This document shows positions 34,429 through 49,382 of a DNA stretch of 64,000 nt, piece by piece. The notes beneath the pieces are model-generated. The model was not told the origin of the DNA. It made no database searches and was given only the letters and a program-made list of their open reading frames with translations. This DNA is from the human T2T-CHM13v2.0 reference genome, Homo sapiens: assembly GCF_009914755.1 (NCBI RefSeq), contig NC_060941.1; one strand, 5' to 3'. The translations under genes and the position numbers were made by a program. The stretch's first letter is position 1, and each line of letters begins with the position of its first letter.

Positions 34429-35074
34429 TATGTACCTGCCAGACAATGTTAAAATCATTTAACATTTTAACCTTTCTTAGAGGCTAACTTCTCCTAGAGC
34501 CTTTCTTCCCTTGCTTCAGTCACAAAGAGTTGTTCCCTGAATGGCTTCCCTGATGTCATCCTGGGTATTCCTTCTGCCTTTCTCCTATCTTGAATCTCCT
34601 ATTTCCTGGATGCAATGTACTCTTTTTTTTTTTTTCTTGTTTAACTCCATCATTTTAGTGGAGCCCATTTCCTGTAGTTTTCTGAGAAATGGAAGTATGA
34701 CAGATATATTTTATATTTTATAAGATTCTATCCTTTTTGTTCTACTTTAAAAATTGATTGATTGTTTAAATGGGTATAGAATTTTATGTTGGAAACTATT
34801 TTTCTCAGAGTGTGTAAGGTGTTACTCTACCTTCTTCTAGCTTCCGATATTGCTTTTTAAAAATCTGATGCTATTCTCATTCTTCATTTTTTTTGTGACT
34901 TGTTTTTTTTCTGGAAACTTTTAAGATCTTTTGAAATCTTTTTATCCATAATGTTCTGAAATTTCACAAATGATGTGCTTTTATTCATTCAGTATGTTAC
35001 ATACTTGGTGTGCTCTTTCAATGTGAATAGTTGTTCAAATGGAAAATTTTCTTTATGGTATTTCTTTGATAACT

Positions 35075-35378
35075 TTCTTTTCTTTTCTTCTTTTAAGAGA
35101 CAGGATCTCACTCTGTTGCCCAGGCTGGAGTGGGGTGGTGCAATTATAGCTCATGTAACCTTGCATTCTTGGGCTCAAACAAGCCTCCTGCCTCAGCTTC
35201 CTGAATAGCTAGGACTACAGGCATGTGCCACCACACCCAGCTAATTTAATTTTTTTTTGGTAGAATGAGATCTTACTATGTTGCCCAAGCTGGTCTCAAA
35301 CTTTTCTACTCAAGTTATCCTCCCACATGACCCTCCTAAAGTGCTGGGATTGCAGCCATGTGCCACCCACTCTGCTGA
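35075..35378 (-). mobile_element. AluJ within an old minus-strand L1M region
   Basis: Diverged reverse-complement dimer. Confidence 0.85.
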
Positions 35379-36512
35379 GCCCCATGTTTTTTCTGTTTTT
35401 GGAATTCCTATGAGGCAGATATTGTCCACTTGGATTGATTCTCCGTTTCCCTCAGTTTTCCTCTCCTAATGTCCACCTGTATCTTTTTGTTCAATAATTT
35501 AAAAAATGTGGATATAATATGTAAATTTCTAAGAGCTTATTCATATTCTCTGACTGTTTTCTTTAGGAAGATAGTAGCCTATCTTTCTTCATCCTCTAAA
35601 GTCGTTGGTTATCATTAATTATAATTTTCTTAACATTTTCTCTTGCTTCTTATCTTGTCTCTGTTCTCCCCCCTGTTCTTTTTATCCTGTTTGTTTTAGC
35701 CTCTGTCTTTCAAGTTGACAGCTGCCCCCAAAGCCTGGTGCCTATTCATATCTAAGAATGAGGCACTAAAAAACTGATTAGACTTGAGCTGGTCTTGTTT
35801 ACTTACAGAGTTTCAAGTAGGAAAATTTGTTGGCTAGCCAGATTGCCTCAAATGTCATTATTTATAGGTTTTCCTTTCAATCCTCCACCCTCAGGGTGTT
35901 TTATTTTTTAAAATCTTCTTGGAGAATGGAAGGCTAAATGATAATGTTCTGAAGCTGGAACTGTGAAAATAATTGGAGTCTCACATTTCAGGATACAGTA
36001 TTCAGTTAATTCTCTCTGGTTTGAGTGTGATTCACACGCCCTCCTCTGGGCCTGGTGTCCCTGAGGTGAGGCAAATCTGGTTCAACTCATGTAGAGAATC
36101 TGTATCACATCTCCTGATGGGATGTTGAGGGGATAATTTCTTTATAGCATACAGTGATGGTTCTACTCTTGCCTCCTAGGTACCTGGTGACTCCAGTTCC
36201 TTAGTTTTTCTTGGATTCTTTAGGGTACGTTAGCCCTCTTCTCTCTGTTAAGGCCCTCTAAAGACACTTCAGTGTTAGTTCAGTCTGCCCTGCTGAGCCA
36301 TTTACTATTCTTCTATTTGCTTTCTGGATTCATCTCATGTGCTTCTGGGTTACAGATGTCACCTAGTCTTATATGAAAATGGAATTTGTGTTCCTTTTTC
36401 TTGTTCTCTTTGTTTTGTAGTAGGAGGCTCCTTTTATGAACACAAGGACATTATATGTTAGAAAAAGAGCGTGTGACTTACCTAGATTTATCCCCAAAAT
36501 GCCCCTCAGAAC

Positions 36513-36637
36513 CAAGGTGACCATACAACTTCTAGAACACTTCAGAAATAAGCTGGAAGAGGGAACAGGGTTACCTGCTGAGACAACAGGTACAAACTGG
36601 GAGTGTCCTGGGAGAACTGGGATATATGATCACTCTG
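36513..36637. mobile_element. hAT-Blackjack MITE (MER81/MER94-like)
   Basis: TIR-like ends caaggtgaccata ... tatgatcactctg with the aactgggagtgtcctggg core. Confidence 0.55.
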
Positions 36638-39600
36638 CATAGATCTCAAACTTTCTTTCAATTTATATAGTACCAACTGAATAATATATAATTTTTTTCA
36701 AAAAAATAAAGCTCTGTCTTTTAAAAATTATTTTTAATGCAGTGTCCTTTATCTTGGATTCTGGCACACATCCACAGGGACTAGACTAGACAATGAACTG
36801 AAAGATGGACATTATGCTATACTCAAAGTTGCCCCTCCCTTCCTGGCCCTCTATTCTGTTTGGTTCAAACTTTCCCCTTCAACTCTTTTTTCCCCTGGGA
36901 TGGATTATTTCCTAGGGGTCTCCTTAGTGCCTCATGCAAACTGATCCTTGGAAGGCCTGCACCACCAGCCTTCCACTCATGCCCAGATGTGTTTGAATTA
37001 TAATGAATACAGCTTAGGCTTTAAGTCTGGACCTCTGTGAGTGAATGTGGTCATGCCTGTACTCCTTCCTTGGGGTTTGCAGGAAAACAGGGATTGCAAC
37101 AAGTTGAATTCAGAAGTCCTCTTGGGAAGTTTATACCAGGCAAGAGACACAAGCTGCAACTCCACCACCATTCCTGCTGCTCCCTGCTCCCTGCTTCCCC
37201 AGGTCTTTATCTTGAGACCTTGGAGCTTCTCTTCCACTTTTTGCTTGCAAGCCCTTTTCTCTGTCCCTTAATTTACTACAGTTCAATTTATTTCACCAAA
37301 AATACATTGGTGCCTACTGCATGTCAGACACTGGATGAGTCCTGAAGGCAAGGCATCCTTGCTATTAAGGATCTTATAGCCTAGGTGTGCCTAGGCATAA
37401 GAGGGTCAATATTTTTGAAAGGTCTTCCTTAGAGGTGATTTTCTTTCATATAGGAATAGGAGGAAGGAATCCCTTCTGGTATGGGGAGAAAGAACTGGGA
37501 GTAGAGAGGAGAATCAAAGCGTGGTGGAAGCATCTGGGGAGGTTGGTAGGGGAAAACCCAGTGGCAGGGAACTTCATATTTCTTAAGCCGTAGACTAAGA
37601 AAATTTCAAGGCCTTGGGAGATGCTCCAGTTTCACGATGGTGTCTGATATTACAGTGGTTGAGGCCGGATGTAGATTAGACATGGCTGAGGGAAGTTTCC
37701 ATGAAGCTGGGCCTGAGAGAGTTCTCCAGTGCCTCAGGGTCCATGAACAATGTCCAGGGAGTGAGAGGCTCCCTAGAGCCTCAGTGAGGGCTGTGCACGT
37801 GCTAGAGAGGCAAGGAGCTGAGGAGGCCTCATGTTGGAACAGAAAGGCCATAGAGGGTAGGGAATCATAATGAGAGGCCTTGGCTGGGAATACACTCTTA
37901 TCTGGGAGTCCTTTTTCTTTAATGCTTCCTTCAGTCTAATCTATTACTGTTTGCAGCCTTAAAATAGTAGGATTTTACAATCCTTAGAGGCCCCCGACTC
38001 AATCTCTGTTTCTCTCTCTTCCTCCCTCTTCCTTCTTATTAAGAGGAGAAAAAAAATTTGAGCTTTTCTTCAACTTCTTTTCTAGAGCTACAGCCTCAAT
38101 TGGCACATGCTGTGGCTTCCAAGTTATGCCAGGTGACAAGTGTAATGTTTTGCCATGAAATATCGTAGGTCTCCATCTTTCCACTCTGAGAACAGTTTCC
38201 TCTCTGCCTGCCACCTGAGTGCTAAGCCAATGCTGTGTTTAGTTTTTATTATGTCAGTATTCCTCTTCAAGTTACCAACTTCTGTATTAAATAGAATGTC
38301 AGCTGTTATAACAATAATCCCCCAAGTCGTAGTGGCTTCTCACAGTAGGAATTGTTTCCCCATGTGAAGTGCAAATGTGTTTTCCTGATCATCAGGCAGT
38401 TGTCCCACAGGCAAAGATTCAGGGACCCAGAGAGTCATTCCACTCAGATCCTCCTGCATTTAGCCAGAAAATGAAGAAAGACTATGGGTGGTCATGCCTA
38501 GGAGGTGTCTATGGACCAGCCCTGAAAGTGGCACTAATATTTCTGTTCATATGTTATTGGCTGGAAGAGAAAATGGGTTTGGTGAAGAGTGAGCCAGTCT
38601 TTGCCAAGCATCTTTATTTAACTGCCATGTGCATATGCTTTAATAGTGTGACATACCCTAGATCCTTTTGGAAACAGGCATGTAAAAAATTAATTTTAAA
38701 AGACACATAATTTGCCTCTCTTCTTCCAGAATTTTTCTTCTATAAAATGTAAGGCAGGGAATGATTATTTAATGGTCTGCTCTCAGTTTGAGAAGCCCAG
38801 GAATATGGAAGGACACTTGTGGTCCTTTCCTGCCTGTGAGTTGGGTCCCTGCCATTGGTAATGGTCAGACCACAAGAGCCTCCTGAGTACCTAATTCCAG
38901 TTTAGAGATTTTCTCCAGCATAAACTTTCTTCTTCGTTTTTAAATGGCCTCATTCTTCTGAGTTTCCCTCATCACTGACCAACCTTTCATCTAGCTTGGT
39001 TTGGACTCACGGGTGAGGCTTTGGTTTGTATACTTTTATGATTCAGCACTGGTTTTAAATCTTGTGTTTTTTTTTTTTTTTGTAATTGTAATTTCTTTTT
39101 CGACTCACAAGTCACACCTGGTTAGCACTGTTCCTCTGCCCCAACTGGTCCAGGGTAGGAGATTTTAAAGGCCCTGGAGCTCCAAGATGACCTCTCTGGG
39201 GCATTGCCCTTGGCAGGTTGAGGACTCTGGGAGGATTGTGGACAGTGAGATCTTTGTTCTTGGCTTGTGTTCTCATTCCACCCCACACCCTGGGCCCCTC
39301 CTGGCCTGTCCTCTCCCTTGGCCTGGCTGCCCTTGCAGCAAGCAGGGAGTACCCAACTGCCTCCTGATGGGCCATCTGTAGGCACATTTGCTTTCTGGCA
39401 AATTTCTTTGCATAAGCAGCTTTTAAGTGTGATTTGTGTGACCCGTCCAGGTTTCTGATTTTCAAATCACATCCTGAATATTTACTGTACCTCTTTGGCT
39501 CACTATTTTCTGCAAAATTGGAACCCTTTCCCTCTCTGCCAATATACTCTTTTGAGCCTTTTACATAATAAAAGGCTTGAGTTTCAGCATTAATCATTGT

Positions 39601-40390
39601 GATTAATGTGATTCCACTAATAACCTTTTTCTACTTGGGAAGGCTCCAATTATGGCTATATTTTGTGTCTGGCCTTGGGCCAGCTTCTAACCCAATGATC
39701 CAGGTTTTTATCAGCTTCATGATTCCTCAGCATGGACATTAACCTCTCCTGTATCCACTTTCTCCTACAGATTTCAGGCAGAGCTAATCCTCCAAACCTT
39801 CTGCTGACCCACCCTTGAATAAAATAAGGCTGGCTTCCTGGGGAGGGAAGGTCTGCCTCTCTCTCTCTGTATGCTTGGGCACAAGCCTATTCAGGGATTC
39901 TTGATGGTTTCCCCAAAGGTGATGTCAAACCACATCCAGGCTTCATAATTCTTTGGCTTACCACTCACCCTTATAATTAATAATGGAAACTTGCCAGGAA
40001 CTTTTTTTCTTAAGACCGTTTTTCAAGGAGAACATTCAAAGGACTCTTTGGCTTAAACTGTTCACAAGCTCTGGACTCCCTTCTTTCAGACACAGTAGAG
40101 GAAATAGGCTGGCTCTCCAAAGAGGTAATATGAGATAAGGAGAATTACGTGGTCTTTGAGATCAGACAGCATTAGTTGTGTGACCTTGATAAAATTATGT
40201 AACTTCTATGAGTCTCCATTTCCTCATTTGTGAAATGGGAGTATGATTATCTATCTTGCATGGTTGGGATGAGGATTAAATGGAGTGGTGCATCTAATGT
40301 AACTGCTGGTTCCATTTCCACTAAGATAGGAGTCTAAGTAGTCTGAAAACCTTCCTACTAGAAAATACCTAGAAATGTTCAATAGAATGT

Positions 40391-40677
40391 AATGAACTTC
40401 CTTTTATTTTTTCACCAATAGATTTTATTCTTGCTTTTTACATCTATTCTCATTCATACTGATATGGAAAAAAGACTGTTCAATAGTCACACATTATAGG
40501 TAAATTCAAATGTACATTATAACACACTGAGCAACTATGACATAAGATGTTTAGTTGTTTTATACCAACAGAGGCTCACTAGTAGTTTTCAGAAAGGATT
40601 AGTTTCCCAATGTTTATTCATAAACATTAGAAATTGTCATAAGTGATAACAAAATTTAACCTGAACAAACATCTTTT
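40391..40677 (-). pseudogene. Orphan polyadenylated retro-insert (3'UTR retrocopy or L1 transduction)
   Basis: Minus-strand AATAAA (40424-40429) about 11 nt before an A tract (40402-40412); degenerate TSD aatgaacttccttt/aacaaacatctttt. Confidence 0.5.
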
Positions 40678-40949
40678 CAACTGCCTAGAACCAGAGGGAG
40701 CTGAAGACTAGGGCTGATAGTCATGCAGTCTCAGAGGGGCCAGAGTTTATTGTTGCTGGTAAATAATGGACTTGGATTTTTTTTTTTGGCTGAGTATCGT
40801 TTTATTTTATTTTAAAAATAGTTTTAGATTCAAGGGATATGTGTGCAGGTTTGTTACATGGATATTTTGCGTAATAGTGAAGTTTGGGCTCTAGTGTACC
40901 CATTACCCAAATAGTGAACATTGTACCCAATAGGCCATTTTAAAATATT

Positions 40950-41269
40950 TTTCTGTATTTTTTTGAGACAGGGTCTCACTCTGTTGCCCAGGCTGGAGTA
41001 CAATGGTGTGATCATGGCTGACTGCAGCCTCGACCTCCTGTGCTCAAGTGATCCTCCTACCTCAGCCTCCTGTGTAGCTGGTACTACAGGCATGCACCAC
41101 CAAGCCCAGCTAATTTTTGTATTTTTTGTAGAGATGTGGTTTCACCATGTTTCCCAGGATGGTCTCAAACTCTTGGGCTAAAGTGGGAGTTGAGCTCAAG
41201 AAGGCTCAATCTTCCTGCCTTGGCCTCCCAAAATGCTAGGATTACAGATGTGAGCCTCTGTGCCCAGCC
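40950..41269 (-). mobile_element. AluJ
   Basis: Reverse-complement dimer; TSD caatagg; ~25-bp internal insertion near 41180-41207. Confidence 0.88.
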
Positions 41270-41622
41270 CAATAGGTAATTTTTAAAACCCTTACCCTCC
41301 TCCCATCCCTCCCCGTTTTGGAGTCCTCAGTGTCTATTATTTCCATCTTTATGTCTGTGAGTTTAGCTCTTACTTATAAGTCAAAACATGCAGTATTTGA
41401 TTTTCTGTTTCTGAGTTATTTCATTTAGGATAATGGCCTCCAACTCTATCTATGATGCTGAAAAGAACATTATTTCATTCTTTTTTGTGGCTGCATATAT
41501 TCCATGGTGTGTATATCCCATATTTTCTTTATCTGATCATCTGCTGATGGACACTTAGGTTGATTCCATGACGTAGCTATTGTGAATAGTGCTGTGATAA
41601 ACATGAGTGCAGGCATCTTTTT

Positions 41623-42468
<846 letters not shown>

Positions 42469-43519
42469 TTAATATAATAATTTCTTTTCCTTTGGGTAGA
42501 TGCTCAGTATTGAGATTGCTGGGTCAAATGGTAATTCTATTTTTAGTTCTTCAAGAAATCTCCATACAGTTTTTCATAGAGGTTGTACTAATTTACTTTC
42601 CCACCAACAATGTATAAGGCTTCTGGATTTTAAAGCTCAAATGGATATGGGAGATGAGGTCTTGAGCCCTTGAGTGGCAGGAAATTGGAATGGAGATCAC
42701 TGAAAAAATCTGGGGCGTTGAAAATCTACACCTTTGGAGAAATGGTTAGATAGAAAAAAGCCCACTCACTGGCAGATATACTATAGTGAGATTTATCTGT
42801 CTTCTCTTGAGTTCCGAGTGGGGAATAAATTTCCCCTTGAGAATGCATAACAATATTCATTCACAACATACTTTTTTGCACAAGTTTGAGATTCTAATTT
42901 ATTCTACTTGCAAGATCTTGGGAGCCATTAAGCTGAAAAATGAATATGGCACTGGTTCTAGGCAAGTGATATCCTTGGAATGGCCACAGAAGCAAATACA
43001 AAACTACCCTGGAGAGCTGGATAGACCCTTAACTCAGGCTGCTTGGTATTTGCACAGATAGACCTCTACTAGAATTGAACTCAAAAACCAAAATTACAAA
43101 ACGCACAAGGAAACCAGCTGCCATATCTAAGTGCCACTAGACAAAAGAGACAGCAGGATTGGAGCCCCAAGAGCTTCCAGTAACAGAGCTATTAGTGGAG
43201 ACCATGAAATGAGTATACTAAGAAAATCATCAAGGTTGTAATAGAAGAAAGTGATAATATTGGGAAAAAATGAAGCAGGAGAGCCAAAGGGACCTTGAAA
43301 TGAAAAATGCTGTCGTTGAAATTAAAGCTCAGTGGGCAGAGTAAAGAGTGAATTGGCCACAGTGGTGAGAACAGGACTGAACAGAAATGCTTGCAATCAG
43401 TAGATGCTCCCAAATTTCTAGCAATCTCTCTTTGGGAAACATTGAGGTGTTAGTTTCTTGGGAGGTGAAGAGGGTTTAGAAGCATCTATGTTCATTTTTA
43501 GGTCAGCAAATACATTTTT

Positions 43520-44123
43520 AAAAAATAATTGACTTTATTTTTTAGAGCAGTTTTGAGTTCACAGGAAAATTGAGGGAAATATACAGAGGGTTTCCATATC
43601 CCTCTATCCCTACACATGCACAACCTCTCGCACTATGGACTTGTGGCACCAGAGTGGTACATTTGTTACAATTGATGAACCTACATGGACACATCATTAT
43701 CACTTAAAATCTACAGTTTACATTAGGATTCACTTTTGATGTTGTACATTATGTGGGTTTTGACAAATACATAATGACGTGTATCCATTAGGGTATCCTA
43801 CAGATTAGTCTTATTGCCCTAAAAATCCTCTGTGTTCTGTTTATTCATCCTTCTCCTCCCTTAACTCCTGGCAACCATTGATCTTTTTACTGTCTTCATA
43901 GTTTTGCCATTTTCAAATGTCATATTTTTGGAATCAAAAATTTTCTGATCGGCTTCTTTCACTTAGAAATATTTAAGCTTCCTCCATGTCTGCCATAGCT
44001 TGATAGCTCATTTCTTTCTTTTTTTAAATTTTACTTTAAGTTCCAGGATACATGTGCAGAACTTGCAGGTTTGTTACATAAGTGTATGTGTGCCATGGTG
44101 GTTTACTGCACCTGTCTACCCGT
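43520..44123 (-). mobile_element. L1MC/MD 3' fragment followed by a ~100-bp L1PA 3' tip (44020-44123)
   Basis: ttttagagcagttttgagttcacagg...tacatttgttacaattgatgaacctaca; then tactttaagttccaggatacatgtgcag. Confidence 0.75.
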
Positions 44124-45434
44124 CGAAGGTCCCTCAGACTCTTTGGTAATCTTGTTCTAGACTGTGCAATTTACATGGGAAAAGGGCACTTTCTATTCTT
44201 CTATTTGCTGTACTCCTTTGTGGATTATTTCCAACAGAGGTCAGGGTTTTCTATTATTAAATATCTAAAGAGCTTAATGGGTGATATAAAGTCATAGAAG
44301 CATTCCAAAGCCCAATTTATCAGCTAACCAGAGGCAGCTAATGGAAATCTCCATCCACCAGTAAATTTGATGCAGTGAGAAGGTGGTAGGTGGAGCTGAA
44401 AGAGAGAGGAAGAGGGTAAAATTTATTTGGCTTGAACAGGGCTCACCTACAACGGTGTAACTAGTAAGACAGGTTCCCCGATGCAAAGCATAATTGGTCC
44501 CTCTTTCATGTAACCAATAGAGCAACCCTCCTTTTCTAGCTGGGACAGTGGGTTTAGCTAAGAAAGGATGAAGTTTCTGGATGGAGGGAGTGGGAAGAAA
44601 GTGAATTTTTATTTTTTGGTGGTGTAAATTTGCCAAAGAAAACACTATAGACCTCACAGTGTTATAGATCTGAGCAAGGTTACCTGTATTACCCTAAGAT
44701 TTTCTTACCTCCCTCTCCTCCCTACTTCCTCCCCTTTTCCCATCCCACTTCCAGCTGTTTTCCTGGCAGTCTGTGTGCAGTGGTGGTGGCAAGTGTTGCT
44801 ACTGTCTGGAGACATCTGCTGAATGTCTCACCTTTGATGGATCTTCTTATCTTTGACTTCCACAGATGACCTCTTGCCTTGGACACAGGTGTGCTGGTCA
44901 CACACAGCCCAGGAACCTTGCCGAAGTGGATCATGTACATTATCTTAGAACCACCATTGCCCTTCAACATTCTCTTTATAGGGGATAGAAGAAACTGTTT
45001 TTATTTCTTCAAGGCAACATGGTTCCTGAAGCAATACTGCTCTTAGGTTCTGGATAGACTGCTATAGCAGTGTTTCCTTGTCTACCAGGAAAAAAGGGTG
45101 GGGCACAGGGTCCAGGAGAGGAGCATAAGAAAACTTTGATATCTACCAGGTAAGGCTCTACAATCAAAGCATAGGGTTTCAGGATTTTTACAATGGCTGC
45201 TTTAAGTTCTCTCATTTTACAGATTAGAAATGAAAGTAAATGACTTAGTTGTTCAAGGTCACGGAGCTACTGGCAGAGCCAGAACCCGATCACAGGTCTT
45301 TTGATGGGAACTCCTTTGTTTTAATGATAGAGCATGTATGACTTGCCTCTTGAAACCCTAGATTCAATGCTGCATGATGGCTGCCAGAAAAATGCCAGTC
45401 CTTCTGGGTGAGTTGAATAGAGAGGGGAGATGGT

Positions 45435-45940
45435 AACCACTCACCCAATATCTATTTTCTCTTCTTTATTATTAACAAAACTCCAGCTAAAAGATGATGA
45501 TGCATCCACTAAGAAACTACATTTACCAGTTTTTTGTTTTGTTTTGTTTTGTTTTTTTCAGATGGGATGACCATGTGACACAGTTCTGGGTAATGAGATG
45601 TAGGTGACGTTACTGGGTGGAATTGATGAGAAGGTTCCCTTACAGCAGGGAAGAACCAGCTAATATGCTATTTCTCTTTAACCCTCTTCTTTTTGCCTAG
45701 AATTTGGATGACATATTAGAGGTAGAATAATCTTCCAGTCACCATTAGGTTAAGAGAATTGCAAGGGTTTGGCTTGAGCTTGAGCCAAAGCTCACACAAT
45801 TCTCTTAGTCTAATGGTGACTGGAAGACAAAATTGTACTCAGAGCTGCTGAACTAATATCAGCAACTGCCTACTTTCTGAGTTGATTAAGCTACTATAAA
45901 TTGAGCTCCCTATTGTTTGTCAAACATATTCCTCTCATAG
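45435..45940 (+). mobile_element. Old MaLR LTR (MLT1J/K-like) containing a fold-back palindrome
   Basis: actacatttacca...ccatgtgacacagttctgg..aatgagatgtagg; gagctgctgaactaat..cagcaactgcctac. Confidence 0.6.
45731..45827. repeat. 97-bp inverted repeat / pre-miRNA-like hairpin
   Basis: tcttccagtcaccattag(gt)taagagaattg pairs with caattctctta(gt)ctaatggtgactggaaga; the centre tttggcttgagcttgagccaaa is self-complementary. Confidence 0.9.
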
Positions 45941-47806
45941 AGCAAAAAAAGTGTGTACATATACTTTGTTCCCCCCATAGCCTTTTACATTATTAAGTAA
46001 TATTATTTGTGTTAGTAAACTGATTATTAGAGAGTGAGCTTGTTTACATTACCAGAGGATTTTTCCTATTACCAAAAGATTACAGGGATCGCACAAAAGA
46101 TCTTTCAGTTGCATCTTTTTAAGTGTTTGTTTATTGATCATTTCATATTAACAGAGAAAAAACTAAAAGCGGAGTTGTTTCATGCTATTGCTCATTAAGA
46201 ATCAATCAGAAACAACAATAAAACAAATCTGAAAGTATAAAGATCAAAAGAAGACATTCATGTTACTAGTTAATTTTTTTTTAAAAACCAGGCAGAAAAC
46301 TCAAATGTTATGTGCCCTGGTTCAATGCCAGACACCGGACTACCCTAGTACAGTAGACTTGAATACATTTATTTCTCAACATACGTCATTCTTTCTATGA
46401 AACCTACTCCAAGAATTTTCTCCCCATTTCTATTAAAAGCTCCTTTATCCTCCTGGACATCCAACTTGAAATTGTCATTGTCCTTTCTCCCCCCTTGGCA
46501 ATATTCAATCAGTTTCCAAATCTTGGGTGGGTTGGGAACATGGAGAAAAGGATCCAAAAATGGATTTATCCAGTTATTCTCTGTAACCTCAATTTCATAT
46601 GCTCTTTGGTGTTACCACTCATTAGCTGCTTGCATGGGAAATATAAATTTGTATGATGGTGACATTTGAGGCTTATGTGATTGCTTTGATCTATTAGTTT
46701 TGGAGACCAAACACCCCAATTACAGCCAACAGAACACTTTTAATTGGGACACAGAGGTAAAAGGACTTTCTGTTGCCATAGTTTCAGAGGCACATATGTG
46801 GTCAGCTGCCTAATGCTGGATTTATTTTCAGACATAAGACATGATTGACGGTGAGCTCTGGTGACTCAGGGACATCTGCTGTTCTGATAGGAGTAGAGTG
46901 TGGCCCTGAAGCTCAGCTAAAACCAATCTTAGGCAGAGCACATTCTGTAATGGTGCTGTTTTCAATGCATTTAGTTTTCTATCCTTAGGTTCACTTCTGA
47001 AGAGGAAATATTAACCTACCCACTAATGAGGACTTTGCCAATAGACCGTTGTTCTGAGTGGCAGGGAAAAAAAGAAAAGAAAAAAGGCCAGTGGGAATTT
47101 CTAAGGAAGTTAGTGACTTCAGCACTGGGATCTAGTTCCTATCATTGCAGAATCTCATGGAAATGGCCAAGGGTATAAAGGAAGGAGAAATCTGCATAGG
47201 ACGTGAGAGAAGTTTACAGACACATATGCCAGAAACCATAGCCTTTCTGCTAAATATGGATCTAAAGAAGGACTGATTGGATTCATGACTTCTTTTACAC
47301 TTAAAACCAGTGTGTCTGGGAGGTGAGCAGGAGATATTTTGCCAGAATTCAGACATCTTTCCATTCTGAGGGATGCCAGCTGGAGGCAAGAGTGGGCAGC
47401 AGCCAGTCAGAGAGAATTGTCTGGATCTTGCAAGAAGCCCGTTAAGTGTTCTATGCCTGTGTGGTACCTACTTAGACTGTACTTGGCACTGATGTTTCTG
47501 CCAGGCGACACATGGGGGCACTCCCCGGCTGACTCTTGACTGCCACTCTAGCATGGCAAATAAATTTGTAAACACAGAGATTAAACCTCTGCAGTAGTGT
47601 CATATAGCTTCAGCTTCCTCCCTCGGGCTGCTGGATCTCTGCAATTCTGCAGTTAATTTAAACTGTTCTCTTTCCCCTTCATCAAAATTACACAGGTCAC
47701 ATTCTTTAACTATAATGCTATTAATAAATAAAAGTAGAAATAAAACTGCTACCACTTGAAAATGAAAAACAAAACAAATGCAGAACATTCACCTAAACAA
47801 TTCTTA

Positions 47807-48585
<779 letters not shown>

Positions 48586-49016
48586 GTCTGTGGTATAGAT
48601 ACAAGGCTTCAGCTCAGCTATTTCAGAGATATCTGGGTTTCAAAGAAGCCTTTTAAAATGTTGTGTTACTAGAAATTCATGGGTAATCTATTGTATGCTT
48701 TCATTTGCTGGACATGTGCAGCCAAATGGAACAGTGTTTTCCTTTGTGTCAACTGTTCACTTATTCCCCTGTTTTCCATTTATTCCAAATTGCCGGTGGT
48801 GTGCTGGTTGCAAGATACCCCAAACACTCCAGAGATAGAATTGTGGAGTAGGATCTCATGAGTAAGAGAAAATGATGCCACTCTGAAAAGCTGAGTTCTT
48901 TTGATTGGCAAAAGATCAACTCATCAAGCCCCCTGCCTCTGCACAAAGACTGTGAATAATCAGATCTCAGTTCTTTAGGATTTTCAGTCATGCTAATTGG
49001 AAGAGGGTACAATGGG

Positions 49017-49281
49017 GGGCCAGGTCAGCATCTCATACCTGTAACTCCAGCACTTTGGGAGGCTGAGGCAGGAGGATCACCTGAGCCCAGGAGTTTGAGA
49101 CCAGGGCATCACAATGAAATCCTGTCTCTACAAAAATAAAAATAATTAGTTGGGCATGATGGACCCAGCTACTTGGGAAGCTGAGGTGGGAGGATTGGAT
49201 GAACCCAGGAGTTTGAGGTTACAAGAAGTTATGATTGTGCCATTGCACTCCAGCCTGGGCAACATAGCAAGACCCTGTCTC
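49017..49281 (+). mobile_element. AluJ
   Basis: Diverged dimer whose tail has expanded into a microsatellite. Confidence 0.85.
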
Positions 49282-49333
<52 letters not shown>

Positions 49334-49334
49334 A

Positions 49335-49382
<48 letters not shown>

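Noticed and set aside
39112-39597. 161-aa minus-strand ORF
   Set aside because: No recognisable domain, no supporting splice or promoter context; the length is attainable by chance
47150-47276. Acceptor followed by a 39-codon ORF (MEMAKGIKEG...)
   Set aside because: Weak pyrimidine tract, no recognisable homology and no matching donor identified
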